Made by a program: the position numbers and the translations under genes
Notes under the pieces: generated by a model
What the model was told of the DNA's origin: nothing
The model's database searches: none
Seen by the model: the letters and a program-made list of their open reading frames with translations, nothing else
Part shown: one piece after another, positions 29,147-38,591 of the stretch
How the letters are laid out: each line of letters begins with the position of its first letter
Numbering within the stretch: the first letter of the stretch is position 1
NCBI GenBank assembly: GCA_964485625.1
Contig: CAZAJM010000002.1
Coordinates: 36,167-100,166 of the forward strand
Length of the DNA stretch: 64,000 nucleotides
DNA from: an uncultured Candidatus Saccharibacteria bacterium
Lineage (GTDB): Bacteria; Patescibacteriota; UBA1384; JAGGWG01; CAZAJM01
Direction of reading: 5' to 3'

Positions 29147-29189
29147 ATTCCCTCCTTAATTAATATCTGCCTTCTAACTTCTAATTATA

Positions 29190-29723
29190 TCACACAGCCT
29201 CTACTTCGTTTAATGGATCTTCTAAGCCCTCTTTTCTCTCTTGGGGTGACTCAACTCTGCCCTCCGGTTCATCTTCACTGACCACCCTCTTGCCCGTATC
29301 TCTATGCCGCCAGCCGTGGGTATCGACAATCTCCGCTAAAATCTGTAGGCGGCTACGGACCTTTTTGGGGTCTTTAGTTAGCTGGTCGTCATCTTCCTCC
29401 TCATCTTCTTTAGCAATTTTAGGTAGCTCTTGCCCTTTTTTAAAGTATTGCTTTGTCCAGACGAAGATCTTGGGAGAAAAAACAAAAGAGATAAAGGCGG
29501 ATAGAAAGTAAGCAAAGTCTTGTTCTTGAACTTTTAAGAAGGCGAAGGCCAGAGCAGCGGCAGTGATTAGAAAGATTAGCAACCAGCCGGACCAATGGGT
29601 AAAGGTAGAGTAGATGATATAGTCGAGCATGCCGGCTACCAAAAGAAAAATGAACTGCTTTAAAGTCAGAGGCCCAATCACCTTATCTTCCAAGTCTATA
29701 TTTTGTGGGACTTTGTATTGCAT
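29190..29723 (-). CDS. PrgI-family (VirB3-like) two-TM protein
   Basis: N-terminus MQYKVPQNIDLEDKVIGPLTLKQFIFLLVAGML matches the PrgI-family signature (VP.[DN]I...E.K.iGp.TlrQ). Two TM helices. Immediately upstream of the VirB4 genes. Acidic C-terminal tail. Confidence 0.6.
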   Translation of the reverse strand: MQYKVPQNIDLEDKVIGPLTLKQFIFLLVAGMLDYIIYSTFTHWSGWLLIFLITAAALAFAFLKVQEQDFAYFLSAFISFVFSPKIFVWTKQYFKKGQELPKIAKEDEEEDDDQLTKDPKKVRSRLQILAEIVDTHGWRHRDTGKRVVSEDEPEGRVESPQERKEGLEDPLNEVEAV

Positions 29724-29726
29724 AAA

Positions 29727-31814
29727 TTATTCATTTAGATTTTCTTCGTATCTACTTAATTCGCTAATTTGCTCTCTAATTACCTCTTCTATGGTTGAGC
29801 TCTCAATTCTTCCTTCGCTTATCTCCCTAGAAAGAGCCCCTATTATTTCATCAATTCTCTCTTCGGGGATATCTCCTACAGCTTCATGTTCAAGGGTTCT
29901 TTTAATCTGTTCCTTTATCTCTTTTCTGGTTGCTAATTCCTGAGTGGTAATGCCTCTAGTTTCAGTGCTAAGCACTTGAGTTGGTCTTGGGGCGTCAGCA
30001 ACAGTTCTGCTAATAGCAGTTGCTCTGGTGGAAATAGTATCATTTAAACCTATTTCTAGCGCTAATTGTTCGCTATTTGGAGCACTTCCAGTTCGACCTA
30101 CATAACTTTTAAATGCTGGTGCAGATATTGAATAATTAGAAAGTGCTCCCAAGGCACTTTCTTTGGTGTGAACCATATCTTCAGGAAGGCCCGTTACACT
30201 TACCACACGATCTACTACACTGCTTTCTAGATCACCCTCACTTCTATTTTTTATTTCGGCTTGGAGTTCTTCGATGTTGGTAATTGTTACATCAATGTCT
30301 TCTTGGCTTCTAAGGTTATCAATTGTTGCTTCAGCTATTAAATCGTAATTGCCCCCTCCTATCTCCAGGCCTGCCATTTTTTGCAAATTTTTAATATCTT
30401 TATCACTAATTTTTTCAAATAATATACCCTTTTCATCATTTATCATTTGTTGCCCGGCAGTTGTGCTAGGATCATAAAATCCCTTGCCTTTACCTGAAGC
30501 TTCACCTATACCTTGCAGTAAGCTTTTTATAAGTGGTTTGTCGTCTTTGTAATCCGGATCATTAAACATCATACCGAGGGCTCTTATTGCTGCGGTTCTT
30601 GTGTCTGCGTTGCCAGCGTAGAGTGCTCCAAGTGCGCCCTCGATTCCTCCATTTTTGATGTTCTCAGCTGAAGACATCGCTTTATCATGATATTGGGTCC
30701 TTAGCATCTCTTGACCAAGCCTATGTTTTTCCCAGCTCTTCCTAACACTTTTGCCTGTCTCTTTTGACTCAACTTCCAAGGCATTTTCTAGTATATCATC
30801 AATATGCTTTCCCCCTTCTAGACCCTTGTTAATATTACTAAAAAATCTACCAGCACCTACTGCCTGATCATCATCTCCCAATTTTCGACTGCCTACTTTT
30901 GCTCCCCACTTTAAAAAACCCCCAGCCCTTCCTAGCGATTTAGATACAGTTTCTCCAGCTTTTCCTTTAAAAAAACCTAGAACAGCTCCAGAAATGCTAT
31001 TCATACCAACTATTTGATAGGAAATTATTAATGCGGCTATGATTAAAACAATGCCACCGATAAATCCTCCCCAAGGAGTATCGCTGGCTTGCACTTGCAA
31101 GACATTTATCAACCAGACTGAAATAAATATTACCGGACCTACTAGTAAGAATTTTAAAAACCAATCAAACCATATCCCAGCAATGGATTTTCCTAGTGGA
31201 ATGAAGTACAGAACTACGGCGACAGGAGATAGGACGAACAGTATAACTATTACGTAGTATCTAACATATAAGATGAAGGTGAGCATCACCCAGAGAATAA
31301 GAGGAATTAACAAGAGTAATGCCCCGACAATTATCAAGGGAAGGCCGAGTGCTCCAACATAGGGAAAAAACAAGGCGATTACCCCAGTTAAAGTAAAGAT
31401 TCCGCCAACAGTGGTTTGGCCAGTCATGGAACTATAAAGTATCTCACCAATTCCATCCCCAGGACCAGCTAATTGAATAAAAAAATCAGTAACGGAGCTT
31501 ACAATATCTACAACTTCAATAATTAGAAAATAGCTAAAATTTGCTAGAATTATTCCAACAATAAGTCCAGGTAGCGTTCGTTTGATGTCATAGGTTTCTA
31601 AATCAATTCTAAGTAGATAAGCTAAAGCAATAAATATTAATCCAACTACGGCAACAAAATTAACCAGCCCAAGCACAACACTCCAAGCCTCTTCCATCCC
31701 TGCTGATCTAAGCTCTCCGGCAATTCTTGGATAGCCATACGACAGGTTCGGAACAGTTAAAGCTGCCATTAAAAAGAAAAAAATAATTAACTTTTTTATT
31801 TTACACAGGAACAT
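29727..31814 (-). CDS. VirB6-like polytopic membrane protein with a large C-terminal soluble domain
   Basis: Signal-like N-terminus, at least 6 hydrophobic helices within the first about 280 aa, then a roughly 400-aa hydrophilic domain. Position next to PrgI/VirB4, as for VirB6/ConG/PrgH analogues. Confidence 0.5.
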   Translation of the reverse strand: MFLCKIKKLIIFFFLMAALTVPNLSYGYPRIAGELRSAGMEEAWSVVLGLVNFVAVVGLIFIALAYLLRIDLETYDIKRTLPGLIVGIILANFSYFLIIEVVDIVSSVTDFFIQLAGPGDGIGEILYSSMTGQTTVGGIFTLTGVIALFFPYVGALGLPLIIVGALLLLIPLILWVMLTFILYVRYYVIVILFVLSPVAVVLYFIPLGKSIAGIWFDWFLKFLLVGPVIFISVWLINVLQVQASDTPWGGFIGGIVLIIAALIISYQIVGMNSISGAVLGFFKGKAGETVSKSLGRAGGFLKWGAKVGSRKLGDDDQAVGAGRFFSNINKGLEGGKHIDDILENALEVESKETGKSVRKSWEKHRLGQEMLRTQYHDKAMSSAENIKNGGIEGALGALYAGNADTRTAAIRALGMMFNDPDYKDDKPLIKSLLQGIGEASGKGKGFYDPSTTAGQQMINDEKGILFEKISDKDIKNLQKMAGLEIGGGNYDLIAEATIDNLRSQEDIDVTITNIEELQAEIKNRSEGDLESSVVDRVVSVTGLPEDMVHTKESALGALSNYSISAPAFKSYVGRTGSAPNSEQLALEIGLNDTISTRATAISRTVADAPRPTQVLSTETRGITTQELATRKEIKEQIKRTLEHEAVGDIPEERIDEIIGALSREISEGRIESSTIEEVIREQISELSRYEENLNE

Positions 31815-33261
31815 TGTTTAGTAGATTGTTTAATATATTAAAAATACTTTCAACTATTTCGTTTACCCACTTCTTTAATTTTTCCGTGATTGATTTTAAA
31901 AATTGATTACCCCCCTTTAAGCTTCCTCTATCAGTCTGGTCATCAACAGTTAGCATTAGTGAATTAAAGTTCTCTCTCTCTTTCTTTACTATTTCCAATA
32001 AATTTTCATCTTGAGAAGCTAAACACTCTCTATATTCGATATATTTGCTTAAATAGTTTGAGGCTAGATAAAGTTTTTCCCAATCTTTTTGTTGATTTTG
32101 GTTATAATTAAGTAGTCCAAGCAGGACATCTGGGGTTACCTCACTTAGTTCTGTTACACAAGTTGCCAAATCAACAAACTTATTATATTTAGATGTTTCG
32201 CTGTTAACTTGATTTGATATAGCGGTTTTTGTTAATCCAGATTTACTTTTTCCGGTACAATAAGGTATTCGATCGACAATTTCTTCATGATCAGCCCAGG
32301 CACTAGTTATTGTTTTTTCTGTTTCATGTATTATATTATTCATTTGTTGATAGGTGCCAGTGTTTATACTAGACAAGCCTGCATTGGCAAAGAAGCTAAG
32401 AAATAAATTTTTATCCTCTTGGAAGCTAAGAAGCAATAAGTCTGGGTCGTCGAATATCACATTGTTGTTTTCTGACCACCAATTATTAGCTTGCTTTTTT
32501 ATTTGGCTAATAATCTCTTTCCCATTGTCTTGTGCTTGATAATTATTTTCCAAATTTTTGTTAGTGCAATAATCAATTGCATCTTGAGAGGCTTCTCTTT
32601 GATGTAAATTATCAGTTGTATTTAGCTTGGCCCCATTAGCATAAATGTCTTTGGATAATTTTGCTAAAGTAGGATTATCTTTTTCATCAATAATATCAAA
32701 TTTATATGTTTGAAACGGTCCAGTGAACCATTGGAGCTTCCTAACTATTTCGTCTATAACATTAGTTGTGTCAGGTTGGTTGTATTGAAAAGAGTAATCA
32801 GATTCATCCCTGTCTGTGTGTTTTACCAGAGCCAAAACAGATTTGTTGGATACAAATAACACGCTTCTTTTATCACTTTCCAGTATGTACCAATTTGCAT
32901 CTACCATTCTGTTCGCTGAAAGCGGATCATTCGGGTCAAACCTTTCTGTTGATCTAGGAGGCTGCCCTCTGTATAAAGATCCTAGACTAGAAGCTGGCCC
33001 CTTGAAATAATAGACTTTATCAGTATCATCAATTGTCAATTTTATTTTTTTAGTATCTGATTCCGGCTCTATAATTAGGTCAAACTGATAATCTCTAGAG
33101 TAGCTTAAACTGGGTAAGTCATCAATATTAATACCTTTTGTTTTTGTCGGATTTATTAAAATTATAGACGTAACAAAAACCAATAAAACAAAAATAGGAA
33201 AAAAAGCTAGCAACAAATTTTTTGTATTTTTTTTATTGTTCTTTCTGTTTTTTCCTTTCAC
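31801..33261 (-). CDS. Bitopic membrane protein (486 aa), unknown function. Possible VirB8-like scaffold analogue.
   Basis: Basic N-terminus, single TM LLLAFFPIFVLLVFVTSIILI, large extracytoplasmic domain. Translationally coupled within the cluster. Confidence 0.4.
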   Translation of the reverse strand: MKGKNRKNNKKNTKNLLLAFFPIFVLLVFVTSIILINPTKTKGINIDDLPSLSYSRDYQFDLIIEPESDTKKIKLTIDDTDKVYYFKGPASSLGSLYRGQPPRSTERFDPNDPLSANRMVDANWYILESDKRSVLFVSNKSVLALVKHTDRDESDYSFQYNQPDTTNVIDEIVRKLQWFTGPFQTYKFDIIDEKDNPTLAKLSKDIYANGAKLNTTDNLHQREASQDAIDYCTNKNLENNYQAQDNGKEIISQIKKQANNWWSENNNVIFDDPDLLLLSFQEDKNLFLSFFANAGLSSINTGTYQQMNNIIHETEKTITSAWADHEEIVDRIPYCTGKSKSGLTKTAISNQVNSETSKYNKFVDLATCVTELSEVTPDVLLGLLNYNQNQQKDWEKLYLASNYLSKYIEYRECLASQDENLLEIVKKERENFNSLMLTVDDQTDRGSLKGGNQFLKSITEKLKKWVNEIVESIFNILNNLLNNVPV

Positions 33262-34296
33262 TTATCCCTCCTCTTTTAGTGAGTTTGCTTTTAGCTGCAT
33301 CTGCTTAGCAGTCTCTGTTTCGTTTTTTGATTGGTAGGCTTTGGAGAGCAGCTCATAGGTTAGGCTGTAGCTGGGGTCTAGCTCCTTAGCCTTATTTAAA
33401 TTCTCTATTGCTTGATCAGTTTGGTTCTCTTGAATCTGGCCATAAGCTAGAAAGACATAGCCATCTCTTAGATCCGGATATTCTGATATTAACTCCTCTA
33501 GTTTAGCAGTGGCTAGACCGGACTCCCCTACCTGATTAAGCAGTTGGCCTAAAAGTAGCTTTCTAGTGGCTGGGCTATTGGTGGCTAGCATTCTTTTAAA
33601 AGCGGTCTCTATTTGCTGGCAGTCTTCCTTGGTTGCTGCTAGAACAGACTTCTCTAAATTGCTAAAGCTTACTTCTTGGTTTTTGGAGTATTTCTCGATT
33701 TGCTCATAGCCATTTTCAACATCTCTGTAGGCCAGTACTAATCCGAGGTAGAGATTATAGTCAGCTGAAGGGAAGATCTCTAAGGCAGCTTGGAAACTCT
33801 CTTCTGCCTGTTTGAGCTGATTCTGGTTCATCTGGGCCCTACCTAGCCAGTAATATATTTCACTGTTGGTCGGTTCATAGGCGAAGCAATTTTCAAAGTA
33901 GCTCTGAGCTTGGGCGTAATCTTTTTGATTGTAATAGGTTTTGGCTAGAGCGAAGGTGGGCGCCATCTCTTCTCTGGCAAACTGGATTGACTTTTTGTAT
34001 GAGTCTATTGCCATCTCTGTCTGGCCTATCTTCTCAAGCACTCTGCCTTGGTGGTAGTAGGGGGCAAAACTTCTGGGGGTGGCCATCTGAGCTTTCTTGT
34101 ACTGCAAATAGGCCTGTTTGTACTCTTGGCTCTGTTCTAATTCTTGACCTTTAGCTAGATAATCTTCGGCCAGACTAGCTCTTTTGCCATCCATTAGAAA
34201 CCAAAAAGCACCAAACAGGATAAGAATTGATAAAAAAACAATTAAACCGATCTGTAATCCTCGATTTTTCATAAGCTTGAGTTTATTATAGCACAA
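33262..34296 (-). CDS. TPR-repeat membrane-anchored protein
   Basis: N-terminal TM. At least 6 TPR-like 34-residue repeats (A..Y...G......A...Y..AL...P). Its stop abuts the next gene (1-nt gap). Confidence 0.6.
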   Translation of the reverse strand: MCYNKLKLMKNRGLQIGLIVFLSILILFGAFWFLMDGKRASLAEDYLAKGQELEQSQEYKQAYLQYKKAQMATPRSFAPYYHQGRVLEKIGQTEMAIDSYKKSIQFAREEMAPTFALAKTYYNQKDYAQAQSYFENCFAYEPTNSEIYYWLGRAQMNQNQLKQAEESFQAALEIFPSADYNLYLGLVLAYRDVENGYEQIEKYSKNQEVSFSNLEKSVLAATKEDCQQIETAFKRMLATNSPATRKLLLGQLLNQVGESGLATAKLEELISEYPDLRDGYVFLAYGQIQENQTDQAIENLNKAKELDPSYSLTYELLSKAYQSKNETETAKQMQLKANSLKEEG

Positions 34297-34319
34297 ATTT
34301 AGATTTTGATGTAAGATTT

Positions 34320-36407
34320 TTAATTAGGCCAGTCCGACACTATTAGATCCTTATACTCCTCTTCATCAAAGGCCTGGTTTAGTTCTTGCCAGAGAGTTTC
34401 GGTGATATGGGGGATAAAGGGATGGAGCAGTTTTAGGCTAATGGCAATTACTCCGCCTAAGAACTCGACTGCCTCTTGTTTTTTCTTTTCGTCTTTGCCA
34501 AAAATAGCGTCTTTGTTATCTTCTAGGCATTTATCGCAGAAAGAGTGCCAGAAGAAGTGATAGACTTCCTTTATCGCTAGATCATAACGGTACTTATCTA
34601 GGTATTTATTGGTCTTATCAATAGTTGTTTTTAGCTCCTCTTTGATCTCTTGGTTATGTTTTGACTTTGGTTCTAGCTCACTTAATTTGGTTGGTAGTTG
34701 GTAGCTTCTCTCTACGTTCATTAGTATAAAGCGAACTGCATTCCAGATTTTGTTATTAAACTTCTGTCCGGCCAGTACGTCTTCTTCGCTATACTTTATC
34801 TCTTGGTTATGGCCTGAGTTCCAAGCCAGGCTAAATCGAGTAGCATCGGCGCCGTATTTCTCTATTAGCTCCAGTGGGTCGATGCCTGTGCCTAGACTCT
34901 TGCTCATCCGCTGGCCTTTCTTGTTTTTAACTGTGGCATGAATATATACCTCGTTAAAGGGGATCTTTTCTGTTAGTTCTAAGGAAGAGAAGATCATCCG
35001 GGCTACCCATAGGTAAAGAATATCTCGAGCAGTAGTTAGCAGTTGGGTTGGGTAGAAATCTGCCATATCTTTGCTTTCTTTGGGCCAGCCTAGAGTGGCA
35101 AAGGGCCAGAGAGCTGAGGAGAACCAAGTATCAAGAACGTCTTTCTCGCCCTTAATTGGGATCTCGTGGCCCCACCAGATCTGTCGGCTAATACACCAAT
35201 CGCGGACGTTCTCCATCCAATCAAGATAGATCTTTTTGTATCTTTCCGGATAGAATTTAATCTTACCTTCCTCTACTGCTTTAATGGCTGGACCTTTGAT
35301 TTTGTCCATATCAACAAACCATTGTTTGCTGGGAAGAGGCTCAATCACCGTGTCGCATCTATAGCAGAGGGCGATTCGGTTATCTATCTCCTCGGTCTTC
35401 TCTATTAGTTTATCTTTTTCCAGGTCTTTAATGACTTCTTTTCTAGCCTTAAACCTATCTAGGTCTTGGTATTTATCAGGGACTTTCTTGGTCATCTTGC
35501 CCTCTTTGTTTATAATTCGGATGGTCTCTAAGTTGTGTCTCTTGGCCATCCGCTCATCTGCTAGGTCCGAAGAGGGGGTTACTTTAACGGCGCCAGTGCC
35601 AAATTTGGCATCGACCTCATGATCGGCAATAATCTTAATGGTCCGGTCGGTAATCGGAAGTCGGACTTCCGCACCAATCAGGTCTTTATATCTATCGTCG
35701 CTCTTGTTGACCGCTATTGCAGTATCACCGAGCATAGTCTCGGGCCTGGTAGTAGCAACGGTGATATATTTGTCTTTCTTATTCTTAAGGGGGTATTTGA
35801 TATAGTAGAACTTTGACTTGCTCTCTTTATATTCCAACTCTAGATCCGACAAGCTGCTAGCACACCTTGGACACCAGTTTACAACCCGACTGCCTTGGTA
35901 GATATATCCTTTTTCTTTGTATTTAAGGAAGGCCTGTTTAACCGCTTCTTGGTAATCATTATCTAAAGTAAATCTCTGTCGGCTCCAGTCACAACTTGCT
36001 CCCAGCCTTTTGAGCTGGTCAAGGATCTTGCCCCCATACTCCTCTTTCCACTTCCAGACCTCTTCGATAAATTTCTCTTTACCCAAATCTTTTCTGGTTT
36101 TGCCCTCTTTGGCCAGTTTTTTCTCAACTACATTTTGAGTAGCTATGCCAGCATGATCTAGGCCGGGCATCCATAGGGTTTTTAGGCCCATCATTCTTTT
36201 TTGTCGAACTATAATATCTTGAACAGTAGCATTTAGGGCGTGGCCAATATGAAGAGAGCCGGTAACATTTGGCGGAGGTAGCATGGTAGTAAAGGTTTTA
36301 GCATCTTTCTTTAGTTCTAGATTGTCAGGATTAAAGTAGCCCTTCTTCTGCCAAGAACCATATATCTTCTCTTCTGATTTTTTATAGTTATATTTTTTAT
36401 CAAGCAT
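34320..36407 (-). CDS. valS: Valyl-tRNA synthetase (short form lacking a C-terminal coiled-coil)
   Basis: PPPNVTGSLHIGHA and KMSKS-type RMSKSLGTG. Editing and anticodon-binding regions present. Only 695 aa. Confidence 0.85.
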   Translation of the reverse strand: MLDKKYNYKKSEEKIYGSWQKKGYFNPDNLELKKDAKTFTTMLPPPNVTGSLHIGHALNATVQDIIVRQKRMMGLKTLWMPGLDHAGIATQNVVEKKLAKEGKTRKDLGKEKFIEEVWKWKEEYGGKILDQLKRLGASCDWSRQRFTLDNDYQEAVKQAFLKYKEKGYIYQGSRVVNWCPRCASSLSDLELEYKESKSKFYYIKYPLKNKKDKYITVATTRPETMLGDTAIAVNKSDDRYKDLIGAEVRLPITDRTIKIIADHEVDAKFGTGAVKVTPSSDLADERMAKRHNLETIRIINKEGKMTKKVPDKYQDLDRFKARKEVIKDLEKDKLIEKTEEIDNRIALCYRCDTVIEPLPSKQWFVDMDKIKGPAIKAVEEGKIKFYPERYKKIYLDWMENVRDWCISRQIWWGHEIPIKGEKDVLDTWFSSALWPFATLGWPKESKDMADFYPTQLLTTARDILYLWVARMIFSSLELTEKIPFNEVYIHATVKNKKGQRMSKSLGTGIDPLELIEKYGADATRFSLAWNSGHNQEIKYSEEDVLAGQKFNNKIWNAVRFILMNVERSYQLPTKLSELEPKSKHNQEIKEELKTTIDKTNKYLDKYRYDLAIKEVYHFFWHSFCDKCLEDNKDAIFGKDEKKKQEAVEFLGGVIAISLKLLHPFIPHITETLWQELNQAFDEEEYKDLIVSDWPN
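35655..35671. repeat. In-frame copy of the REP palindrome cggaagtcggacttccg inside valS (encodes EVRLP)
   Basis: Exact 17-nt palindrome identical to the RAYT-flanking repeat core, with an aatc flank. Confidence 0.5.
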
Positions 36408-36429
36408 TGTTTTTTTAGTATATCCTTAT

Positions 36430-37446
36430 TTAGGGTAGAATTTCAAGTTCTTGCCAAGGTGTGAATTGATTGTTTTCGGCTAAATAACTTCCTCTGGCAG
36501 CGATTATTGCCCCATTGTCCGTACTATATTTCATCTCCGGAAGCATAAGATTGGGCAAGTTCTTCTGTTCTAGTTTTTGCCTAATTCGCTTATTAGCACT
36601 AACCCCTCCACCAACAAGAACTGATTTAGTCGGTTGTTCTAGGGCTGCTCTCTCCACTTTCTCACTTATTACCTCTGCTACTGCTTCTTGAAACTCATAG
36701 GCCAGATAGGGGATATTCTTCTCACTAAAATCTAGCCTTGTAGTCTCCGTTAGAACAGCGGTTTTAAGCCCTGAGAAGGAAAAATCGTAGCTTTTATCAT
36801 TGATAAGCGGCCGCGGCAAACTAAACTCATCTTCTTCCTTCTCTGGTTTCTTGGTTACTCTCTCTATCTCCGGTCCGCCTGGATAGTCTAGCCCAAGCAG
36901 AATTGCTACCTTATCAAAGCTCTCTCCTGCCGCATCGTCTCGACTCTGGCCTAACAGCCTCATCTCTTGATGATTTATTAAGTGATAGATCTGAGTGTGA
37001 CCGCCTGAGATTACTAGGCCAATAGCGGGGAATTTAACTTGGTTTTTGTTTGAAATAATCGATCCATAAAGATGGGCAACTACGTGATCGACTTCTATTA
37101 AAGGAATATTTAGGACATAGGAGAGGGTTTTTGCTAGATTGACCCCGATTAGTAGAGAGCCGACTAGCCCCGGTCGGTTAGCAACGGCAATAGCATCGAC
37201 TCTATCTAGTTTGAACTTTTTATTTAATTTATCCAACAAAGGGAAGATCTTTGCCACTTGTTCTCTGGCCGCTATCTCAGGTACCACGCCTTTAGTTAGC
37301 TTGTGGATCTCTTCCTGGCTATAGACTAGATTGTGTATAATTTTCGGTCTCTTTCCTTTTTCTTTTTTAGCTATAGCTAGGCCCGTTTCATCGCAGGTTG
37401 TCTCTATGCCTAAGATATATTGTATTTCTTTCTGTTTTCTACTCAT
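36430..37446 (-). CDS. tsaD: tRNA N6-adenosine threonylcarbamoyltransferase TsaD (Kae1/Gcp family)
   Basis: N-terminal ILGIETTCDETGLAI. ...GGVSANKRIR.... Length 338 aa. Confidence 0.85.
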   Translation of the reverse strand: MSRKQKEIQYILGIETTCDETGLAIAKKEKGKRPKIIHNLVYSQEEIHKLTKGVVPEIAAREQVAKIFPLLDKLNKKFKLDRVDAIAVANRPGLVGSLLIGVNLAKTLSYVLNIPLIEVDHVVAHLYGSIISNKNQVKFPAIGLVISGGHTQIYHLINHQEMRLLGQSRDDAAGESFDKVAILLGLDYPGGPEIERVTKKPEKEEDEFSLPRPLINDKSYDFSFSGLKTAVLTETTRLDFSEKNIPYLAYEFQEAVAEVISEKVERAALEQPTKSVLVGGGVSANKRIRQKLEQKNLPNLMLPEMKYSTDNGAIIAARGSYLAENNQFTPWQELEILP

Positions 37447-37538
37447 ACTTCTATCAGTTTTAACAAAAAATTCCCGCTTGTCAATTGGACGGCAGTTAGT
37501 TAATATTAACTTAGTAATAATTAAGAATTGATTTAGTT

Positions 37539-38591
37539 ATGAAAGTAAATGTTGATCCTAAAGAGAGCTTTAAGCCGGTCTGGGATGGGTTTGTGAAAAA
37601 TTCTCCTAATGGTTCTCTAACCCAGTCTTGGGTTTGGGGCGATTTTTTAGACTCAATGGGAGAGCAGACATTACGGTTGGCAGTGACCAGCTCTCAGCTT
37701 TCAAGTGAGAGCCAAGATTTCCTGGCAGCCAAAAGCCAAGTACTAGGGACTCTACTTCTAGTAAAAAGAGAGGCCAAGTCTTTTAATTATTGGTATGCTC
37801 CTTACGGCCCGGTTTTAGGCCAGATAAAGACAGAAAAAACTTTTTCTCAACTGATAAGTAAGACATATAGCTTGGCTAAAGAGAGGAATATAGATTTTTT
37901 AAGATTAGAGCCGAAACTTCCTCTTGATAACTATCTAACAATTCCTGCTGTCGATGATACTGCTCAGGCCCAGCACACTTTAATAGTTGATATTAGCAAA
38001 GAAGAGAAGGAGATAATGGCCGAGATGAAATCAAAATGGCGATATAATATCCGTCTGGCAAAGAAGAAGGGGGTTAGGATTAAACAGGCCGAGACGGTAG
38101 AAGAGATCGGTGAGTTCTGGAAGCTTTTAAAGCAAAATTCGATCGATAATAGTTTCTCAACTCATTCTAAAGAGTACTACTATCGCCAACTAGAAATTCT
38201 TTCAGGGCAAGATATGGAGGTTCTCTTGTTGGCGAAAAAAGGCAAGAAGACAGTCGCTGCTAATCTAATTGGTTTCTATGGTCCAACCGCCTACTATCTT
38301 CACGGTGCCATGGATCGGGAGTACTCTAACTTAATGGCACCTCATCTGCTACAATGGCAGGCGATTAAATTAGCTAAAAAAAGAGGTTGTACTCGTTATG
38401 ATCTTTTTGGTATTGCTCCACCTAAGGCCAGTAAAGATCATCCTTGGCAAGGCTTTAGTCGATTTAAGAAGGGCTTTGCGCCAGAGACCAAGATTACTAG
38501 TTATCCGGGCGCCTACTTTATACCCATAAGTAGCTTAAAGTATCTTGCTTACAAGTCAGTTAAGAAGGTTAAAAATTATTTCGATCTATGA
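37539..38591 (+). CDS. FemAB-family peptidoglycan interpeptide-bridge peptidyltransferase
   Basis: 350 aa. Family-typical ...WRYNIRLAKKKGV... and ...YYLHGAMDREYSNLMAPHLLQWQAIKLAKKRGCTRYDLFGI.... Adjacent to a Mur ligase. Confidence 0.6.
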   Translation: MKVNVDPKESFKPVWDGFVKNSPNGSLTQSWVWGDFLDSMGEQTLRLAVTSSQLSSESQDFLAAKSQVLGTLLLVKREAKSFNYWYAPYGPVLGQIKTEKTFSQLISKTYSLAKERNIDFLRLEPKLPLDNYLTIPAVDDTAQAQHTLIVDISKEEKEIMAEMKSKWRYNIRLAKKKGVRIKQAETVEEIGEFWKLLKQNSIDNSFSTHSKEYYYRQLEILSGQDMEVLLLAKKGKKTVAANLIGFYGPTAYYLHGAMDREYSNLMAPHLLQWQAIKLAKKRGCTRYDLFGIAPPKASKDHPWQGFSRFKKGFAPETKITSYPGAYFIPISSLKYLAYKSVKKVKNYFDL

